Origin: a plasmid
Sequence record: NZ_CP143948.1
DNA: 64,000 nucleotides
Reading direction: 5' to 3' (one strand)
Part shown: in pieces, positions 1 to 8,968 of the stretch
Layout of the letters: each line of letters begins with the position of its first letter
How positions within the stretch are numbered: position 1 is the stretch's first letter
Made by a program: the position numbers and the translations under genes
The notes under the pieces: generated by a model
Seen by the model: the letters and a program-made list of their open reading frames with translations, nothing else
The model's database searches: none
Told to the model about the DNA's origin: nothing

Positions 1-504
1 AGCCTGTAGCTGCTATTTCCGATTTCAAGCACGCTCTTATTCTTATCCACAGAAAAATTGGTCACTGCGTCGTTTGTCCACACCTTATCGGATTTTTGTA
101 TCCGCTTTGCCTTGCCGTCTGAATCTGCCCCTGATATTTCAACCACATCACCCTGATGTATGTCTGAAACTGACATGTGATTGCCATATTTGTCAAAAAA
201 GCCGGTGGTCAGCCCATAGTAATACTGATACTGCACTCCTGTCGAGTAATTGTATACCCTGATCGTCTCGTTGGCACTGTTTATGTCCGATACTATGAGA
301 ATATCTGAACTTTTCTTAACGGACTTTCCGTTTTCCTCCGCAGCAGCTTTCAAACCGGACTGCGTGCTTTCTCCCACGGCCTCCGTCGTATCATTCATGC
401 TGTTATAGAATTTTTTTACACCATCATCCGTGTCCTGTTTTCCACATGCTGCAAGTGACAGCACAAGCATGCATACTATGCAAAATAATCTTTTAAATTT
501 CTTC
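1..504 (-). CDS. Lipoprotein, truncated at the window edge. Signal peptide plus lipobox: MKKFKRLFCIVCMLVLSLAAC. Function unknown.
   Basis: The reverse-strand reading frame runs off the window start. ATG is at 504-502, the N-terminal signal peptide ends in a LAAC lipobox, and the mature part is hydrophilic. The frame is absent from the ORF track because it has no stop inside the window. Confidence 0.5.
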
Positions 505-610
505 ATCTGTATTTCCTTTAATAGCTGGCTTTAAACGTTTTTCTACAATAATAATATATCGTATAGTCATTTACTTTTCAATTAAATTCACTATATATAT
601 GCATTACTGC

Positions 611-1579
611 TTACACTATGGCATGCAGGGCATGCAGATACTCCTCGCGCTCCCCGCTTAGCTGTATGAGCTGTGCAAGCTTATCCACATCACGGTCGCA
701 TACCCATGACTTGCGCGAGTTGCTATAGTGATTGCAGAGCTTACAAAATTTTTCAGGAAACAAAAGCAGTGCTTGAAGCAGTCTCATTGATGTATCATCA
801 AGACTTCTTACGCTGCAATAGCTGTCAAGAATTGCATCTGCAACCGCTGTATCCCAGTGATTTTTTTCGAGCATCTTGCGCATGTACTCCGCAAGATCAG
901 TTTCCGGATATCCCGGATGCATGGTCTCAAAATTGACAGGGAGCCATCTTCCGGACTGTGTATACACGACATTGTGCTGGTTGAAGACTCCGTGACAGTA
1001 TATCGGAACCGATGTTTTACTATTTTCCAGCTCACACAATATTTCCGCCGATTTCTGCCCCTGCTCTAAGAATCTCTCATAGCATTCATAAAACAGATGC
1101 TCAAAAGCATTTGTCTTGCTGCGACGCAGTATGTAGTTTTTAAGCTTTACTATCTGCGCACATTTTCGCTGAGCTTTTTCGTGCAGGCTTTCTACCTCGA
1201 TATCCGAAGGCAGAGGATACTTTTCCAATATATTGTGCAGCTGCGCTAATGCCCTGCTGCCGCCACGCATATCATCTATGCTGTCCGTGCTGCACTCTCT
1301 GCCTGCTCTGTAATCCTTCAATATGTATGCGTCCTCACAGTTATCTCGCGATATGATACACTGCTCCTTTGTCTGTGATATCTGCTCCACATCCATACCG
1401 TTTCTCTGGATAAATGCCAGCGTATCCCGCAGGGTGCATGCCCTTTGCTCATGCCCTCTGTACGGCACGAGCAGCTTCTGCCCGATGCCTGTATCACATA
1501 TATATGCTCCTCTGCCCTTTATTATCCTGCTTACTGTAAGCTCATATTTTTCCAAAGCCACTTCCGGCTGATTATACAA
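611..1579 (-). CDS. CotS-family protein kinase / phosphotransferase-like (spore-coat CotS / aminoglycoside phosphotransferase fold).
   Basis: 322-aa ORF with kinase-like motifs (HGVFNQHNVVY, D..D); this is my own family-level recognition. The start is TTG at 1579, with a strong GAGGGGGGA RBS 8 nt upstream. Confidence 0.5.
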   Translation of the reverse strand: MYNQPEVALEKYELTVSRIIKGRGAYICDTGIGQKLLVPYRGHEQRACTLRDTLAFIQRNGMDVEQISQTKEQCIISRDNCEDAYILKDYRAGRECSTDSIDDMRGGSRALAQLHNILEKYPLPSDIEVESLHEKAQRKCAQIVKLKNYILRRSKTNAFEHLFYECYERFLEQGQKSAEILCELENSKTSVPIYCHGVFNQHNVVYTQSGRWLPVNFETMHPGYPETDLAEYMRKMLEKNHWDTAVADAILDSYCSVRSLDDTSMRLLQALLLFPEKFCKLCNHYSNSRKSWVCDRDVDKLAQLIQLSGEREEYLHALHAIV

Positions 1580-1632
1580 AAAAATCCCCCCTCATATAAT
1601 TAATGCATCATAACTATTAAGATGCTTTTTAA

Positions 1633-2976
1633 TCATATGAGAGAGGTTATTATTTTATTCGCAAGCTCTTTAAGTTTTTGTGCTTCATTGAGCGATGGGT
1701 CATCAAGCACCTGCTCATAAAGTCTGTCCAGGATATCGCCAAGCTTCGGTCCCGGCTCTACTCCCATTTTAATCAGGTCGCTGCCATTTATTTTCATTTC
1801 CTTTTTTGATACACACTGGTGGTCTGCAAGGATTTTCCTGTATACACGCTCATATTCTGCGATGTATTCAAGCTTTTCTGCGCGCTTATACATGCTCTGT
1901 CCGAGTGTATCGGCTCTTTTCACCTCAAATAACAGCGGAAAAAGCTCTGTTCCTATGCGGCTCATGGCTCGCCTTACATTGCGCTCTGTGATGGCCGGAC
2001 GGTCATCATGCTCTTTTACGAGCTTACAGCAACAGTCTGTAGTCCTGTTATCAAACTTAAGGCGCCTGAGTATCTTTCTTGTCATATCAGCTCCCACAAC
2101 AGGATGCTTCTTGAAATGATTCTGGCCTTCCTCATCTGTCGTAATGCACACAGGCTTTGCCACATCATGAAGCAGCATGGTAAGCCTTAGGATTTTGTCC
2201 GCTCGCACATGCTCCAAGGTATGAAGCGTATGCTCGCCGACACTGTACATATGGTGCTTATTGTGCTGAGGTGTCTGCATCATCACATCAAACTCCGGCA
2301 TGAATACCGCTGTGAGTCCAAGCTCATACAAATCTCTCATCATCTGCGGATGGTCTGATGTCAGAAGCTTCACAAGCTCCACCTGGATTCGCTCTGCGCT
2401 GACCTTTGACATGGCAGGGGCAAGCTCTTTTATGGCTGCTTTAGTCTGTGCCTCTATATCAAAGCCAAGCTGGGCTGCAAATCGCACCGCACGAAACATC
2501 CTGAGTGCATCCTCACTGAACCTGTCGTGTGCACAGCCCACACATCTGATCACATGTGCTTTTAAATCTGCTATGCCGTCAAATTCATCGACAAGTCCTG
2601 CCCTATGATTATACGCCATGGCATTGATTGTGAAGTCGCGCCTCTCCAGATCAAGCTTCAGATTGGAGGTAAAGGTAACCTCCTTTGGATGGCGTGCATC
2701 CTCGTACTCTCCGTCTATCCTGTAGGTGGTGACCTCATAGCCCACATGCTCCAGCATGACCGTGACTGTGCCATGCTGGATACCTGTGTCTATCGTATGG
2801 TCAAATATCGCTTTGACCTGCGCAGGCTTTGCAGATGTGGTGATATCCCAGTCCTGCGGTGTCCTGCCAAGGAGACTGTCACGCACGCATCCACCTACCG
2901 CATATGCCTCAAAGCCATGCTCGTAGAGCGTGTCTATTATGAAGTTGACATTCTGCGGTAAATCTATGCGCATCAT
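1633..2976 (-). CDS. cca: CCA tRNA nucleotidyltransferase: polymerase-beta-like head plus an HD domain.
   Basis: N-terminal GGCVRD....DWD nucleotidyltransferase motif, followed by the HD-domain motifs HDVAKP and H..H. The likely start is the ATGATG at 2976-2971, preceded by an AAGGAGA RBS; the track ORF begins 27 codons upstream of that. Confidence 0.85.
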   Translation of the reverse strand: MMRIDLPQNVNFIIDTLYEHGFEAYAVGGCVRDSLLGRTPQDWDITTSAKPAQVKAIFDHTIDTGIQHGTVTVMLEHVGYEVTTYRIDGEYEDARHPKEVTFTSNLKLDLERRDFTINAMAYNHRAGLVDEFDGIADLKAHVIRCVGCAHDRFSEDALRMFRAVRFAAQLGFDIEAQTKAAIKELAPAMSKVSAERIQVELVKLLTSDHPQMMRDLYELGLTAVFMPEFDVMMQTPQHNKHHMYSVGEHTLHTLEHVRADKILRLTMLLHDVAKPVCITTDEEGQNHFKKHPVVGADMTRKILRRLKFDNRTTDCCCKLVKEHDDRPAITERNVRRAMSRIGTELFPLLFEVKRADTLGQSMYKRAEKLEYIAEYERVYRKILADHQCVSKKEMKINGSDLIKMGVEPGPKLGDILDRLYEQVLDDPSLNEAQKLKELANKIITSLI

Positions 2977-3003
2977 TGAGTTCTCCTTTTTTATTCTAAA
3001 TGA

Positions 3004-3253
3004 CGCTCGCCGGAGGGGCACATTGCCACAGCATACAACTGTGACACATGCTCTCATAACTCCTTAGTCTGGTGAGAGTAAATACCTCCTGCGGCAGAGC
3101 TTATTAGGCGCGAAAAAATCAAACGCGCTTACGCTTGAACGAGTATTTTTTGCGCCAGCTTCAGCCGCAGGTGGCATTAACTCTCACACACGACACGTCG
3201 TAAATCGAGCATGCGCCACAGCCGTATGCTGCGTCAATGCGCCCCTCCGGCGA
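3004..3253 (-). ncRNA. Candidate structured RNA or long hairpin element: a ~250-nt rod-like, nested, imperfect palindrome between proS and cca. Family unknown.
   Basis: Outer stem: 3004-3024 pairs with 3233-3253 (21 bp, 1 mismatch). Second stem: ~3029-3051 pairs with ~3205-3229, with 4 A-versus-G differences. Third stem: 3063-3097 with 3161-3195. Innermost stem: 3105-3116 with 3147-3157. All five arm differences are transitions that give G-U pairs on the minus-strand transcript and A-C mismatches on the plus strand. No RNase P, tmRNA, SRP or T-box consensus was recognised. Confidence 0.4.
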
Positions 3254-3330
3254 GCTGTTTATCATAATAATATACAAAAGTAATGATTAATTCGCGAAAT
3301 AAATTTTCGTAGACGGATGATTACAAACGC

Positions 3331-3349
3331 AGGCGTAGCGGTACTACGC
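3331..3349 (-). terminator. Small hairpin (GGCGTAG-N5-CTACGCC) directly after the proS stop codon; possible terminator or attenuator.
   Basis: Perfect 7-bp inverted repeat about 40 nt downstream of the proS stop. The downstream T-run is weak (TGCGTTTGT). Confidence 0.3.
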
Positions 3350-3390
3350 CGAGGCTTGTAACATTCGTATACGGGAATTTAGGCGCGAAT

Positions 3391-4830
3391 TTAGTATGCC
3401 TTGCCCCAGTATACAAGTTTGTGCGCCGGCTTTCCACAGCATACGCATACGTCGGAAATCTGTTCCTGATCACCAAACGGCATACAACGGCTTGTAACTG
3501 TTGTGTCCTCTTTGATTTTGTTCTCGCAGGCCTCGTCTCCACACCACATAGCACGGATAAAGCCAGGCTTTGTCTCTGCGATTGCCTTGAACTCATTGTA
3601 GTCGTGTGCATCGTTTATATGGCTTGCAAGGAATGCCTTTGCCCTCTCGAGCATGTCATTCTGCATTGTCTCAAGTACCTCTGCGAGCTTCTCATTGACC
3701 TCATCGAGTGAGACAACGATTTTCTCTCTTGTGTCTCTACGAACGATAACGCACTGGTTTTTCTCGATATCCTTTGGTCCAATCTCGATACGTGTTGAGA
3801 TTCCCTGAACCTCCTGTGCTGCGAACTTCCAGCCAGGTGTCTTGTCGGTTGCATCGATTTTCACGCGGAAATCCTTTGAGAGCTTGTCCTTGAGGTCGTA
3901 TGCCTTGTCAAGTACGCCATCCTTCTGCTGCTGGATTGGAATAACCATAACCTGTGTTGGTGCAATCTTTGGTGGAAGCACGAGTCCTGAGTCATCTCCA
4001 TGAACCATGATGATAGCTCCGATAAGACGTGTTGAAACGCCCCATGATGTCTCATGACAGTACTGTAATTTATTGTCCTTGTCTGTGTACTGGATGCCGA
4101 AGGCCTTAGGGAAGCCGTCACCAAAGTTGTGTGAGGTTCCTGACTGGAGCGCCTTTCCGTCATGCATGAGTGCCTCTATTGTGTATGTAGCCTCTGCTCC
4201 GGCGAACTTCTCCTTGTCTGTCTTTCTTCCCTTTACCATAGGGATTGCAAGATATTTCTCACAGAAATCCGCATAGATGTTTAACATCTGTACTGTACGT
4301 GCCTCTGCCTCCTCGGCTGTTGCATGAACAGTATGTCCCTCCTGCCATAAGAACTCTGATGAGCGGAGGAATGGACGTGTTGTCTTCTCCCAGCGCACTA
4401 CTGAGCACCACTGGTTATATACCTTTGGAAGGTCTCTGTGTGACTGTACTGTTTTGCTGAAAAGCTCGCAGAAAAGTGTCTCTGATGTAGGTCTTACTGC
4501 AAGTCTCTCCTGAAGTGTCTCAAGTCCGCCCTGTGTGACCCACGCAACCTCAGGTGCAAAGCCCTCTACGTGATCCTTTTCTTTCTGAAGCAGGCTCTCC
4601 GGAATGAACATTGGCATGTATACATTCTCTACACCTGTCTCTTTGAACATTGCATCGAGATTTTTCTGTATATTCTCCCAGATGGCATAACCATTGGGCT
4701 TAAAGATCATACATCCCTTTACAGATGAATAATCCATCAACTCTGCTTTCTTCACAACGTCTGTATACCATTGTGTGAAATCTTCCTCCATGGAAGTGAT
4801 GGCCTCTACTAATTTTTTCTCCTTAGCCAT
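3391..4830 (-). CDS. proS: Prolyl-tRNA synthetase, archaeal/eukaryotic-like class II type (about 480 aa, with no bacterial insertion domain).
   Basis: 479 aa with class II aaRS motifs and the C-terminal zinc-binding YWGKAY-type tail characteristic of the short ProRS form. The AAGGAGA RBS is present. No T-box leader fits into the 94-nt upstream gap. Confidence 0.85.
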   Translation of the reverse strand: MAKEKKLVEAITSMEEDFTQWYTDVVKKAELMDYSSVKGCMIFKPNGYAIWENIQKNLDAMFKETGVENVYMPMFIPESLLQKEKDHVEGFAPEVAWVTQGGLETLQERLAVRPTSETLFCELFSKTVQSHRDLPKVYNQWCSVVRWEKTTRPFLRSSEFLWQEGHTVHATAEEAEARTVQMLNIYADFCEKYLAIPMVKGRKTDKEKFAGAEATYTIEALMHDGKALQSGTSHNFGDGFPKAFGIQYTDKDNKLQYCHETSWGVSTRLIGAIIMVHGDDSGLVLPPKIAPTQVMVIPIQQQKDGVLDKAYDLKDKLSKDFRVKIDATDKTPGWKFAAQEVQGISTRIEIGPKDIEKNQCVIVRRDTREKIVVSLDEVNEKLAEVLETMQNDMLERAKAFLASHINDAHDYNEFKAIAETKPGFIRAMWCGDEACENKIKEDTTVTSRCMPFGDQEQISDVCVCCGKPAHKLVYWGKAY

Positions 4831-4924
4831 TGCTTTTCTCCTTTTTTATTGAAATATTCTATGATATACAGGGCTTTTATGTCTCATCACGCCCCTGCAC
4901 CACGCATAATTTTACTAACATATA

Positions 4925-6070
4925 TTATTCCATAAGCGAGCTGATGTCAATAAGCCTGAAAACCTGTTCTGCAGTGTTTTTCATATTTTTTTGAGCATTT
5001 TTGATATCCATAGCCTCATTAAGCGTTGTTGCCCCTCTTATAATAGGGAAAAACGCATCTATGCCTTCTTTATTACATGCCACTGCATCGTCAGTGACAC
5101 TCCCTGCAAGTGCGATTACTTTACAGCCGTTTTTTCTACCTGCTTTTGCCACTCCGACAGGCACCTTTCCCATGGCGCTCTGTCCATCAAGCCTTCCCTC
5201 TCCGGTCACTACGATATCGGCATTTTTCAGTTCCCTGTCAAGCTGTATTGCGTTTAGCACTATATCTATGCCGGATTTAAGCTCCACGTTCTCAAGTCCA
5301 AAAAGAAACGCAAAGCCAAGACCTCCCGCAGCGCCTGCTCCCGGTGTCTCACTGAAACTTTTTCCCACATACTCCTCAACACAGTCTGCATACTGTCTCA
5401 TCATTTTATCCATCTGTGCCTTTTCATGCTCCTGTACGCCCTTTTGCTTTCCAAAAATGTATACGCAGCCCTGCTCTGTGCACAGTGGATTAGTAACATC
5501 ACATGCTATTTTGAAATGACACTGCTTCAATTCTGAAGGAACCTTATCAGCCTTGATCTTTTTTACCCTTACAAGCGAGCCAAATACCGGTGGAAGAATA
5601 TTGTCATCTTCATCATAAAACTCATAGCCGAGCGCCGTCAGCATTCCTATGCCACCCTCAGTAGTTGCGCTTCCGCCTATTCCGATTATGAAATTCCGAC
5701 AGCCCTTGTGCACGGCATCCAGTATCATCTCTCCCACACCCAATGAGGTCGCTTTCCATGGATCAGGTTTACCTTCAACAAGTGTGATTCCTGATGCTTC
5801 TGCCATTTCCATAACAGCCGTATCATCCTCAAGTACTCCATATGTTGCGTGCACCTTTTGTCCCATCGGTCCTGTTACATCAACATGTTCATATGTGCCA
5901 TTCATGCCCTCTACCAAAGCGGTTACAGTTCCCTCGCCACCATCTGCAAGTGGTCTGACCACCACATCCGCTTTCGGTATTGCCGCCAATATGCCTTCTT
6001 TACATGCCATCCCTGCCTGCATGCTTGTCATGCTTCCTTTAAATGAATCAATTGCTACTACAACCTTCAT
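4925..6070 (-). CDS. glxK: Glycerate kinase (GarK/GlxK family).
   Basis: 381 aa. The N-terminus MKVVVAIDSFKGS is the glycerate-kinase hallmark, and the GGSATTEGG motif is present. Confidence 0.8.
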   Translation of the reverse strand: MKVVVAIDSFKGSMTSMQAGMACKEGILAAIPKADVVVRPLADGGEGTVTALVEGMNGTYEHVDVTGPMGQKVHATYGVLEDDTAVMEMAEASGITLVEGKPDPWKATSLGVGEMILDAVHKGCRNFIIGIGGSATTEGGIGMLTALGYEFYDEDDNILPPVFGSLVRVKKIKADKVPSELKQCHFKIACDVTNPLCTEQGCVYIFGKQKGVQEHEKAQMDKMMRQYADCVEEYVGKSFSETPGAGAAGGLGFAFLFGLENVELKSGIDIVLNAIQLDRELKNADIVVTGEGRLDGQSAMGKVPVGVAKAGRKNGCKVIALAGSVTDDAVACNKEGIDAFFPIIRGATTLNEAMDIKNAQKNMKNTAEQVFRLIDISSLME

Positions 6071-6099
6071 TTAACCATTCCTCTATTTTTTCTTAATAT

Positions 6100-7077
6100 T
6101 TATTCATCTTTCTTATTCAAATCAATTATGTTCATTTTTCTTAAAATCGACTCTTTAATTGCTCCACTTAAATATGCCGGATTTAATTTACGTTTTGCAT
6201 ATGCCAAATAGGTGTCTTTTGTTTGTTCAATCAGAATAGCTGTAAAAAACCTTTCCCAACTGAAATAAAGCTTGCTCTCTACATACTCTGATGGATTACT
6301 CAATATGCTTCTTACTGTATTATTCTTTAAAATATCGGCATCCATAATCATCCATTCAAATGATTCAGGCAAATATAAGGCCACATTTTTTCTGCCATGG
6401 ATAACCTGCAACACCCTGTCAATCTCGGAACCAAATGCCGCCCCATCTGCAATGACAAGTATTTTTTCACCTTTATGTTTGTTCAGATAATGAAAGACAT
6501 TTGATTTTCCATTCATAGATTCACATTTCAAACCATTTTCTATACATACATGTTCAAAAAATTGATATCCTGAATTGCTGTCTTCCGTAATAATAGTCTC
6601 CGGACTCACTTTATCTTCATATGTATCTGTTCCATATATCCGATAGAATTCATGATAACTTTGTTTCAATGTCCCATATCTTCCAGATGTACGAATTCCA
6701 TAGATTTCTTCTACGCTATATGGCAATGCTGGTAAAGCTTCCCTAGTAACAATTACATAATAATTATCTGTTTTTTGAATTTTGTCTGCAAAATCTACTG
6801 TCGTTATGAATTCATTTCCCTCATCAATAAATACAATACAGTCTGATATGCCTGACAACTGCTCTTTCCATAAACTTCCTTCAACCACATGACATTTTTT
6901 ATCACATATCACCTCTACAGGTGTGCCGGTTGGATTATTCACGAAATCACGAATCATATCTACAAGTGTAGTTTTTCCAGTTGCACTGTCTCCCTGGATA
7001 ATCGTCAGATTTCTCCGAAGTTCAAATTCATACTTTAAACGTTTTGTTGATACAATAACTTTATGTTTTCCTTTCAT
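6100..7077 (-). CDS. Compact P-loop/AAA-like ATPase with a C-terminal Toprim-like or DUF-type domain. Second gene of a 2-gene AT-rich islet; candidate defence or abortive-infection component.
   Basis: Walker A is GDSATGKTT at about residue 30 and Walker B is CIVFIDEGNE at about residue 85, which is AAA-like spacing. The C-terminal half carries acidic motifs (IITEDSNSGY, ILVIADGAAFG) reminiscent of Toprim/OLD-like nuclease domains. Local AT-richness is a by-eye judgement. Confidence 0.5.
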   Translation of the reverse strand: MKGKHKVIVSTKRLKYEFELRRNLTIIQGDSATGKTTLVDMIRDFVNNPTGTPVEVICDKKCHVVEGSLWKEQLSGISDCIVFIDEGNEFITTVDFADKIQKTDNYYVIVTREALPALPYSVEEIYGIRTSGRYGTLKQSYHEFYRIYGTDTYEDKVSPETIITEDSNSGYQFFEHVCIENGLKCESMNGKSNVFHYLNKHKGEKILVIADGAAFGSEIDRVLQVIHGRKNVALYLPESFEWMIMDADILKNNTVRSILSNPSEYVESKLYFSWERFFTAILIEQTKDTYLAYAKRKLNPAYLSGAIKESILRKMNIIDLNKKDE

Positions 7078-7092
7078 CGTATCCTCCTGCCA

Positions 7093-7530
7093 TCAAACAA
7101 ATTCACCTGCAATTGATACCAGTTCTTCCATGGTATGTACAATTTCATTCGTGTTAAGGATTCGGATGTCAAACGGTTCAACTTCAAATTTCATCAAATG
7201 ACGTAAGTTTATTGTTCTGTCTTCTGTTTCTGCAATTTTTAATAACCATTTTGCACAATTATCTCCACAGGTCGATGCATTGAAAATTTTATTTTTTTCA
7301 AACTTCACCAAAATCAATGTTTTAACACCACCTGATAACCCCGTAGGCGGTATTTTTCCTAACACTGGGCTGTCGATTACTCCACTGTCCAAAACAATCG
7401 ACTGATCCACATCCTTTATCATTTTCTTCACAAATGGATCTGTAATCCAGTTATCTTCATAATCATATTTAAAATACGCTGCCGTATTATATACTGCTTC
7501 TTTCATATCTCCATAAAATATATTCAGCAT
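7093..7530 (-). CDS. Small hypothetical protein (145 aa) containing an LSGG-type motif. First gene of the ATPase islet; possibly DUF4869-like.
   Basis: It is separated by a 15-nt gap from the downstream ATPase and on the same strand, which suggests an operon. The GKIPPTGLSGGVKTLILV motif resembles an ABC signature motif. Confidence 0.45.
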   Translation of the reverse strand: MLNIFYGDMKEAVYNTAAYFKYDYEDNWITDPFVKKMIKDVDQSIVLDSGVIDSPVLGKIPPTGLSGGVKTLILVKFEKNKIFNASTCGDNCAKWLLKIAETEDRTINLRHLMKFEVEPFDIRILNTNEIVHTMEELVSIAGEFV

Positions 7531-7844
7531 ACAAAATCTACTCCTCCTGTTAGATTAGCCTTGAATGAATTTCACCTCACTACAATACAAATGTATTTTC
7601 CAAAACCTAGGTAAGTGCTTACCATATAAACCTCCACGAAATCCATCAATCAGCTGTACTTAGCTACAGTATAGCGGATTGATGGGCAAATTACAATTAT
7701 TATTACCGGTCTTTATGCAGTTACATGATGCGCAACTGCAAGATTGTAAAGTGGTGTAAAGTGGTACAAACAATTTGAAAGTGCATTTTCATGAAATTTG
7801 TGCTAGAATAACATGTTGTTGTATTATGCTAAGGAGAATTTAGA

Positions 7845-8546
7845 ATGGAAAACTATAAACGAGGACTGACAGCGGGAATCCCGATTGCGCTGGGATATCT
7901 GTCAGTTTCATTTACTTTTGGAATTATGGCGGTGTCATATGGACTATCCTGGTGGCAGGCTGTGCTCATTTCGATGACCACTGTCACATCTGCCGGACAG
8001 TTTGCAGGCATCGGAATTATGATGCATCCGGGACAGTATTTCCAGATGCTTATTTCGCAGATTACTATTAATATAAGATATTCCTTTATGTCGATTTCGG
8101 TTGGTCAGAAGGCGGATTCCAGATTTAGCGGAATTTCCAGATGGATACTCGGCTTTATGATGACTGATGAAATTTTTGCCGTGGCAAGCCAGGAGGATTC
8201 TGTGAGCAGAAGCTTTTTTGCAGGACTTTCAACTCTTCCATACATCGGCTGGGCTGTCGGTACGCTGATAGGTGCTATACTGGGAAGCATTCTGCCGGAT
8301 AGGCTTATGAGTGCGCTGAGTCTTGCTATTTATGGCATGTTTGTGGCTATCGTGGTTCCTGAGATGAAGAAATCGCGTGCGGTCGTGTTTGTTGTGCTGC
8401 TTGCACTCGTGCTTAGCTGCATGTTTTACTACGTACCGTTTTTGTCAAGGATTTCAAGCGGTATCACCATCACTGTTGTAGCCATTGTGGCTGCAGTTAT
8501 CGGTTCGCTGCTGTTTCCGGTTGCAGATGATACTGATAAGGAATGA
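7845..8546 (+). CDS. azlC: AzlC-family branched-chain amino acid transporter (permease subunit).
   Basis: 233-aa polytopic membrane protein. An AzlC-like N-terminus and the GGAGAA RBS are present. Confidence 0.75.
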   Translation: MENYKRGLTAGIPIALGYLSVSFTFGIMAVSYGLSWWQAVLISMTTVTSAGQFAGIGIMMHPGQYFQMLISQITINIRYSFMSISVGQKADSRFSGISRWILGFMMTDEIFAVASQEDSVSRSFFAGLSTLPYIGWAVGTLIGAILGSILPDRLMSALSLAIYGMFVAIVVPEMKKSRAVVFVVLLALVLSCMFYYVPFLSRISSGITITVVAIVAAVIGSLLFPVADDTDKE

Positions 8547-8590
8547 TTTATTAAATATTTGATAATAAGCGTATAAGGAGATTTTACATA

Positions 8591-8899
8591 ATGAAAAACA
8601 GTGTATTTTTTATATATTTACTCATACTTGCGGGCTCCACATATCTGATCCGCGTTATTCCTTTTATCGCAATAAAAGAAAAGATCAACAACAGCTTCGT
8701 GCGATCTTTTCTATACTATATTCCGTATGCAGTTTTAACCGCCATGACTATTCCGGCAGTGTTTTATGCTACTAACTGGTGGGTTGGTGCAGCAGCAGGA
8801 CTTATCGCGGCAGTGATATTTGCATTAAAGGGCAAGGGGCTTACAACCGTGGCCGTGGCTTCCTGTGTGGCGGTATTTATTGTAGAGCTGTTCCACTAA
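8591..8899 (+). CDS. azlD: AzlD-family branched-chain amino acid transport protein.
   Basis: 102-aa, 3-4 TM small membrane protein immediately downstream of azlC, matching the usual azlCD pairing. Confidence 0.7.
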   Translation: MKNSVFFIYLLILAGSTYLIRVIPFIAIKEKINNSFVRSFLYYIPYAVLTAMTIPAVFYATNWWVGAAAGLIAAVIFALKGKGLTTVAVASCVAVFIVELFH

Positions 8900-8917
8900 T
8901 TATTTATTTTCCCACCT

Positions 8918-8965
8918 GAAAGATTCCATCAATACCATATCCGGAATGATGGAATCTTTATTTTT
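8918..8965. terminator. Bidirectional rho-independent terminator between azlD (+) and the GGDEF gene (-).
   Basis: 12-bp perfect stem: GAAAGATTCCATC pairs with GATGGAATCTTT, loop about 18 nt. It is followed by a T-run on the plus strand and by an A-run (T-run on the minus strand) on the other side. Confidence 0.7.
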
Positions 8966-8968
8966 AAT

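Noticed and set aside
74-262. 62-aa plus-strand ORF at the window start.
   Set aside because: It is antisense to the truncated lipoprotein gene and has no RBS.
3004-3253. Identity as 6S RNA, RNase P RNA, tmRNA or SRP RNA.
   Set aside because: None of the conserved motifs I know for these was found (RNase P GGAAAGTCC/AGGGTGAAA, tmRNA tRNA-like 3' end, SRP GGAA tetraloop domain). The rod shape alone is not enough to call 6S.
3060-3390. Possible T-box riboswitch leader for proS (GGCGTAG..TACCGCTACGCC resembles the T-box GGTGGTACCGCG region).
   Set aside because: The region lies downstream, not upstream, of proS on the coding strand. No specifier loop, AG-box or antiterminator T-box consensus is present. 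It is better explained as a small terminator-like hairpin plus the long rod-like element.
5001-6074. Long plus-strand ORFs antisense to large minus-strand genes (e.g. 5001-5519, 5649-6074, 14519-14818, 24217-24681, 36740-37195, 45204-45821).
   Set aside because: These are shadow ORFs inside well-supported genes on the opposite strand. They have low-complexity translations and no RBS.
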